64,000 nt of DNA. It comes from Ginglymostoma cirratum (Eukaryota). Of the stretch, positions 59,101 to 64,000 are shown in pieces (positions within the stretch are counted from its first letter, which is position 1; every line of letters starts with the position of its first letter). Made by a program: the position numbers and the translations under genes. Under the pieces are notes generated by a model. That model was not told the origin of the DNA. It worked only from the letters and a program-made list of their open reading frames with translations, and ran no database searches. The DNA lies in contig JAHRHZ010000017.1 in assembly GCA_024137785.1 (NCBI GenBank), forward strand, positions 44,361,983 to 44,425,982. The letters are read 5' to 3'.

Positions 59101-61498
59101 TGCCATCCCCCTTTAACCCTACCTTGCACAGGTGAATGCCTAAGATCCCACTGTTTTGAAGAAGGGCGGAGAAATGGTTTTGGTGTCCTGGTCAACTCTA
59201 ATCCCTCAACCCAACACTTCACAGCAATAGATAGTAGGAACTGCAGATGCTGGAGAACCTGAGATAACAAGGTGTAGAGCTGGATGAACACAGCAGGCCA
59301 AGCAGCATCAGAGGAGCACAAAAGCTGACGTTTCAGGTCAGGACCCTTCTTCTTTCTGAAGAAGGGTCTAGGCCCGAAACGTCAGCTTTCCTGCTCCTCT
59401 GATGCTGCTTGGCCTGCTGTGTTCATCCAGCTCTACACCTTGTTACTTCACAGCAATATCTTGTGAATTATTGTCTTGCTGTGCACAAGGCACAAGTTTT
59501 CTACATCATGACAATACCTACTGCCTCCTTTGAAACTACTGCGTGAGCTATAAAGGATAGGACCTGAGTTCATTATGTATATAAATTCAAGTCTTAGTTT
59601 TTCTTTTCATTGTGTTGGGGATCTCGAACTATAAAGAGAGGCTGAATAGGCTGGGGCTATTTTCCCTGGTGTGTGGGAGGCTGAGGGGTGACCTTAAAGA
59701 AGTTTATAAAATCATGAGGTGCATGGATAGGGTGAACGGCCTTTTTCTTGGGGTGGCAGAGTCCAGAACTAGCGGGCGTAGGATGAGAGGAGAAAGATTT
59801 TCAAGGGGCCTAAGGGGCAACTTTTTCACGCAGAGGGTGGTGTGTGTATGGAATGAGCTGCCGGAGGAAGTGGTGGCGGCTGGTACAATTACAACATTTA
59901 AAAGGCACCTGGATGGGTACATGGACAGGAAGGGTTTAGAGGGATGTGGGACTAGATTAATTTAGGATATCTGGTCGGCGTGGACAAGTTGGACCGAAGG
60001 GTCTGTTTCCCTGGTGTACAGCTCTATGACTGTGATGGTTTCTGAAGTTTTTGTGATCCTTTCTTTCGGCTTTTACTTTTTATATACGCTTTATCAACTG
60101 GAATGCTGTTTTGTGCAGGAAGAAAACAGAGAATGTTAAATACACGTACAGCAGTGATTCTGAAAAGGATGAAGAATGTATCTCCACAAAAAAGAAAGGC
60201 AAGTCTGTTAGCACGGATCCATTTCATTCACTAAATCTATTGGCGTTGTTTGTCAGGGCCCCAACTAAATGACTTAACCAACATGAACAACAAATTATTT
60301 GGTCATTTTGTTGTTAACAGTGGGGCTAACTGTTTTCTGTTGTAGATTTTTATTCCCACTTTCCCTGATCTGTCGGGTTTACTCTCGATATCAGTAACCC
60401 AAGGCAGTTCTAACAACAGACGATATCCTGTGTTGTTTATTGAAGCAAGGTACGCTACAAAAGACACTGCATTATGCTTACCTGTACAGTGCTGATAATC
60501 CCACCTGAAGCCTTTTACATGGACTTAGAGTCGTAGAGGTGTACAGCATGGAAACAGACCACAACCCTACACCTCCACGCTGAGAGGTTACTAAACTGAA
60601 CTAGTCCCATTTGCCTGCGTTTGGCCCATATCCCTCTGAACTGTTCCTATCCATGTACCTGTCAGGTGATCAGCTTACTCCTGTCTCAAATCCCAGCTGT
60701 TGATCTAACCACTTCCTCAGCAAGTTAGTTTTGCTGTGAGGCATTTTTTTTAAAAAATTCTCATTCTGTACAAAGAAATTATGTATCCAAACCATGCACT
60801 ATCCAGTCTCCAGTAAGTCGTCAGTTTGACCACTGGCAAATATCACAAACATGTCATCTACCACGGCCAGTTTAATTAATTAAGTAGGATTTTCTTGTGG
60901 TTCCTTGGAAAGAGATTTTTCTGTTGTTTTAATGAACTTCGGCTTTAACTTCTAACCACTTTAGTGTCATCCAGTCGACCATATGGTATTTACCCAGCAC
61001 AATTCCATAACCGTCACAGATTCAGCTGATAAATAGACACAGTATCACATCTGATTCATTTCCAGAGTTTCTGTGACCACTCAGTCCATTCCTGCTGAGT
61101 TACAGTGCTTGATGTTAAATCACATTTATAGAATCAGAGTCATAGAGCTTGGAGCTGACCCTTTGGTCCATTCCTTCAGCAAAACACAGAAATAGTTTAA
61201 AACCAGCGACCTTTTGAATCATTATGTCATCACTAGTCTTCTTACATTTTCTCCTCATTTAATTTGATTTTAATTCATCTCCATTTGGCTAAGCCAGCAA
61301 ATTTTAGGCGAACAGCACCTGTTAAACTACTTAATTTACTGTAAATTGTATTTTGAAACATCCGAGGTTGTGAAAGGCACTCGTTAAGTGTTACAAGCTC
61401 TTTCAAAAGTTGTGGCTTTTGTTTTGCAGTGAAAACGCAACAGAAAAGTGCAATGGCTAAGAGAACGGAATGGAGACCCACAAGTAGTGGGAGAAAAG
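37937..61498 (+). CDS. HLTF: Helicase-like transcription factor (HLTF/SMARCA3, Rad5 homolog), 5' part; spliced span of 11 coding exons, gene continues past the window
   Basis: Exons 37937-38164, 41083-41249, 43386-43519, 45184-45284, 46623-46697, 50592-50783, 54512-54610, 55688-55775, 56742-56835, 60119-60198, 61430-61498 are phase-consistent. They encode HIRAN (VVGMRYYTG, REPNNPYD, QVGHI), the Q motif (LLPHQKQAL) and Walker A (GGILADDMGLGKT). Confidence 0.96.
41083..41249 (+). CDS. HLTF: HLTF exon (VNNNEMVALQREPNNPYDRNAVQVNNVNGIQVGHIKRELAAPLAFILDNRLARVEG)
   Basis: ccag acceptor, gg|gtgagt donor, 167 nt; HIRAN core. Confidence 0.96.
41725..42230 (-). mobile_element. CR1/HER1-type LINE 3' fragment
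   Basis: ERVHKRLTGTLPG...FSLEQRRLRADFIEVY plus 3' UTR. Confidence 0.85.
43386..43519 (+). CDS. HLTF: HLTF exon (VVPYGANNVFTMPVQLSFWGREENRDAVLERLKRHGFKLAPPTK)
   Basis: ttttccaaatag acceptor, g|gtaaat donor, 134 nt. Confidence 0.96.
44125..44428 (+). mobile_element. tRNA-derived V-SINE (HE1-like)
   Basis: Near full-length copy with the same head, V-domain and tail. Confidence 0.85.
45184..45284 (+). CDS. HLTF: HLTF exon (GGGIAEAWSGMRSARPGPSYKAPVHTAVQMTVEQ)
   Basis: ttcctttttag acceptor (in-frame alternative 12 nt upstream), cag|gtgaag donor; resembles GRAGPSYSMPVHAAVQMTTEQ. Confidence 0.9.
45715..46180 (+). mobile_element. CR1/HER1-type LINE 3' fragment
   Basis: LSYKERLEGLGLFPLECRRLRDDLIEV plus 3' UTR. 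Confidence 0.85.
46623..46697 (+). CDS. HLTF: HLTF exon (LKNEFDKLFEDLKEHDKTREMEPAE)
   Basis: ttcttgcag acceptor, gag|gtcaga donor, 75 nt. Confidence 0.96.
47354..47878. mobile_element. Family B hairpin element containing the assembly gap
   Basis: Left arm ends gacgtttcgggccta at the gap, right-arm remnant tgcttgttatc; perfect TSD aaagcatttctctag at 47339-47353 and 47879-47893. Confidence 0.75.
47468..47867. other. Assembly gap (400 N)
   Basis: Run of n. Confidence 1.
48780..49715. mobile_element. Two copies of the same LINE 3' region in inverted, divergent orientation
   Basis: 48780-48990 (minus) is complementary to 49195-49405 (plus): tctacaaggcacaag...caacaacactcaagaagct. Confidence 0.75.
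50592..50783 (+). CDS. HLTF: HLTF exon (AVCTPLLPHQKQALSWMVLREN...RPENVRGGILADDMGL)
   Basis: tgttgtcag acceptor, ttg|gtaact donor, 192 nt; SNF2 Q motif and motif I. Confidence 0.97.
51303..51645 (+). mobile_element. Second tRNA-headed SINE family
   Basis: tRNA-like head (ggcctagtaa...gattcgaatcc) and core ggttcactgatgtcctttagggaaggaaactgcc; other copies at 31140-31700, 48237-48580 and 58790-59105 (all minus). Confidence 0.7.
52034..52926 (-). mobile_element. Young CR1 LINE 3' fragment (intact ORF2 C-terminus) nested in an older LINE
   Basis: Uninterrupted ORF MEFNVEKCEVIHFG...LYKTLVRPHLEYCVQFWSP...FFTQRVVRAWNALP; (ATGTTCT)n tail at ~52034-52050. Confidence 0.93.
53897..54186 (+). mobile_element. 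V-SINE (HE1-like), 5'-truncated
   Basis: V-domain and tail ending gggattctatga. Confidence 0.8.
54512..54610 (+). CDS. HLTF: HLTF exon (GKTLSTIAVILTNFHQGQPLPTEKFTRGPVVEE)
   Basis: atttttctag acceptor, gag|gtaaga donor, 99 nt; completes Walker A GKT. Confidence 0.95.
55688..55775 (+). CDS. HLTF: HLTF exon, variable insert (EPLGFADALGKSSAHQANMELSSTFKTQT)
   Basis: aatgtag acceptor after pyrimidine tract, cag|gtaaat donor, phase 0-1 bridges its neighbours; little recognisable homology. Confidence 0.7.
56742..56835 (+). CDS. HLTF: HLTF exon (GADNRNQATVIDTTGSINSSGSKPLASSYPKR)
   Basis: atgtag acceptor, aag|gtaatg donor, phase 1-2; LASSYPKR resembles human LSSSRPKR. Confidence 0.8.
57000..57226. 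mobile_element. PLE-terminus hairpin mini-element, family A
   Basis: Inverted arms aaaaacagaagttg.../...caacttctgttttt; TSD agc(c/t)aattactgg at 56987-56999 and 57227-57239. Confidence 0.85.
59230..59444. mobile_element. PLE-terminus hairpin mini-element, family B
   Basis: ~85 bp near-perfect inverted repeat; perfect TSD acttcacagcaata at 59216-59229 and 59445-59458. Confidence 0.9.
59356..59383 (+). ncRNA. Minimal hammerhead ribozyme-like core in hairpin element
   Basis: CTGAAGA-a-gggt-ctag-gccc-GAAA-cGTC. Confidence 0.6.
59612..60030 (+). mobile_element. CR1/HER1-type LINE 3' fragment
   Basis: YKERLNRLGLFSL...FFTQRVVCVWNELPEEVV; similar fragments at ~11490-11850, 17520-17780, 22030-22300, 53520-53870, 57470-57810, 60525-60660. 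Confidence 0.85.
60119..60198 (+). CDS. HLTF: HLTF exon (RKKTENVKYTYSSDSEKDEECISTKKK) ending at a GC donor
   Basis: tgttttgtgcag acceptor, phase 2; resembles RRKTAVQYIESSDSEE; ends aag|gcaagt. Confidence 0.8.
61430..61498 (+). CDS. HLTF: HLTF exon (VKTQQKSAMAKRTEWRPTSSGRK)
   Basis: ttttgttttgcag acceptor, aag|gtgaat donor, phase 1-1, open frame. Confidence 0.68.
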
Positions 61499-61706
61499 GT
61501 GAATCATTCAAAGTACAGTCTGATTAAAAGAGGATATTTTGCACATATTCATTGAAAATGATACCTCTTGTCGGAAAGATCCCCGAGTAAATTCTAAAGA
61601 CGGTAGTTCACTCTCTCTGTTTGGCCAAGGTTTGAGAGCCGTTGAGCCTATAGCACAGAAGAAGGTCCTTTGGCCCATCAAATATGTGCCGGTCAAAAGC
61701 AAGCAA

Positions 61707-62018
61707 TAGAATCCCTACAGTGTGGAAACAGGCCTTTCGGCACAACAAGTCCACACCGACCCTCAGAACATCCCACCCAGACCCATCCCCCTCTAACCCA
61801 CCTAATCTACACATCCCTGAACACTATGGGCAATTTAGCAGGGCCAATCCACCTAGCTGCACATCTTTGGACTGTGCGAGGAAACCAGAGCATCCGGAGG
61901 AAACCCATGCAGACATGGGGAGAATGTGCAAACTCCACACAGACAGTTGCCCGAGGGGGAATCGAACCCATGCCCCTGGTGCTGTGAGACAGCAACGCTA
62001 ACCACTGAGCCACCGTGC
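61707..62018 (-). mobile_element. tRNA-derived V-SINE (HE1-like)
   Basis: Reverse complement of the same family, from gggcacggtggctcagtggttagc to the tail. Confidence 0.85.
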
Positions 62019-63527
62019 CCCCCTCACTGTCCCTCTTCATCCAGGGATCATTGGATTTGTTGGTCTCACCTTTATCTTTATCTTTATTGGAAGTTGTGAG
62101 AAGTATAAACCTGTTTTCATTCCTGGGGATAGGACCATCCTCAGGTTGTCTATTGCTGACCGCTACTCGCCCTGAGAAGGTAGTGATGAGCTGTCACCTT
62201 GCATTGCTGAGGTATATATTGTGGGTCCTGTAGGTGGACCAGGATCCGAGAGCTGGAAACTTGCAGCAGCTCACTGGGTAGAATCTTTCCAGCCCCTGAA
62301 AGGATGGGGACACTGGAGGCTCAGTTGGTAAAGGCACTCTGATTGATGGGAACAGAGCAATGGGATAATCAACACTGAGGGAGAGACAAAAGTCCAGATT
62401 TTCCACCCAAAGTTTTAACAGTGAGACGGGAATCTTGCTAACCAATGGTGAGTGACCCATTTGCGCGCATTAACATCTCCTGATTAGCTCATCTCCCCTC
62501 ATTAGTATGATGTTTGCCATTTTACCAAGCAGTGGAGAGAAACCAGATGACGACAGTTCCCAAAATTAAAGCTGAAGCAGGTACTTGTCACTCCAGCGTA
62601 TTCCTTCAGCTATCCATTCTGGACAGTATTCCCCAAAACCTTTAAGGCACGGTCCATGACCCACAGCTTCCTTCAGTCTGCACTCATGAGGTTGGCATTT
62701 GCAAAGTACCAGCCTCGCCATGTCACCAGGCCACATTGAGGGCTCTGTTCTGATACATTTCAGCACTTTGGAGCTCACTGACCCATTCCAATGCCACACT
62801 CCTGCCGGGAGCAGGCCACCTGTCTCATGCATTGGAACCGGGTGTATCACTGAACTCTTAGCAACTCACTTTGTGCCTGTTCACTTTGGATGCTCACAAC
62901 ATCGCTTTTTATCACAGCCTGGAGGCCTGGCAGCTTGTCGTGTTTGACAGCAATGAGTGGTCAAGTGGGTCTGTTGTCTGTCTAGGTGCTGGTCATTTGC
63001 CAGTCAGAAAGGGTGGCTCCATATCTGGAGGAAACAGGAAGTGCCAAGGGCAGGACGGGTTAGTAGATAGGTGATGGTGGTGGTGGTCGTGGGTTGGTGG
63101 GTGGATGAGGTGGTGGGGGCCGTTGGATTAGTTGAGAACCATAGAGGGAAGATGCTGTATGCAGTATTGAGCATGAACCTTGCTGGGCCATAGGTGCAGC
63201 AGCAGAGTCAGAGCGAATGTGAGGTTGCAGAGAGAAGATGGTGGGGGTGGGGGGGGGAGCACCTACCCCTGTGGCAGTGTTTAAAAGACATTTGGACAGA
63301 TACACGAGTAGGAAAAACTTAGAGGGATATAGGCCAAATGCAGGCAAATGGGACGAGATTTATCTAGGATATCTGGAAGCGCGGATATCTGGAAACGCAG
63401 ATATCTGGAAAGTCTTTAACCACCTTGTGGCATCACTGTGTGCTTCTCAAAACTATGGACATTGCACTGATGGTGGCTACTTCAGACCAGACCAGCACTG
63501 TTTGATACAGTATGCAGCAGGCAGTTG

Positions 63528-64000
63528 GTCATACAGCACTGAAACAAACCTTTCGTTTCAACTCGTCCATGCTGACCAGATATCCGAGATAACTCTAGTC
63601 TCATTTGCCTGCATTTGGCCCATTTCCCTCTAAGCCTTTCCTATTCATGTATCTGTCCAAATGTCTTTTAAACACTGTATTGTACCAGCCTCCACCACTT
63701 CCTCTGGTAGTTCATTCTGTACCGACACCACCCTCTGTGTGAAAACGTTGGCCCTAAGCCCCTTTTAAATCTTTCCCTCCTCACCCTAAACCTATTCCCT
63801 CTAGTTTTGGACTATCCTACCCTGGGAAAAAGACCTTAGCTATCAGCATTATCTGTACCCCTCATGATTTTATAAATCTCTGTAAGGTTACTTCTCAGCC
63901 TCTGGTGCTCCAGTGGAAAAGTCCCAGCCTACCCAACCTTCCTTTATAACTCAAACCCAAGTCCCAGTAACATCTTGCGAATGTTTTCTGCACCCTTTCC
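63528..64000 (-). mobile_element. CR1/HER1-type LINE 3' fragment
   Basis: Reverse complement of the same 3' end family. Confidence 0.8.

Overview
Repeat-rich vertebrate genomic DNA, most likely an elasmobranch (shark), inferred from HE1-type V-SINEs and their CR1/HER1 LINE partners. Two multi-exon + strand genes can be built from splice signals and reading phase. (1) The 3' part of a diverged TMEM145-like (GPR180/TMEM145, GOST family) 7-TM gene: nine phase-consistent exons from 3142 to 26869, terminal exon uncertain, 5' exons upstream of the window. (2) The 5' part of HLTF: eleven coding exons from 37937 to 61498 (HIRAN domain, SNF2 motif I, low-complexity insert), with one probable GC-AG intron; the gene continues past the window. 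Introns hold CR1, RTE and other LINE fragments, several SINE families and Penelope-like elements (PLEs). The most striking non-genic pattern is a set of ~100-500 bp hairpin elements built from inverted PLE termini. They fall into several sequence families, are flanked by 11-16 bp target-site duplications and carry minimal hammerhead-ribozyme cores (CTGANGA-stem II-GAAA-palindrome). Almost all ORFs in the supplied track are spurious or repeat-derived. Homology calls come from recalled protein sequences, not from searches, and repeat boundaries are approximate.
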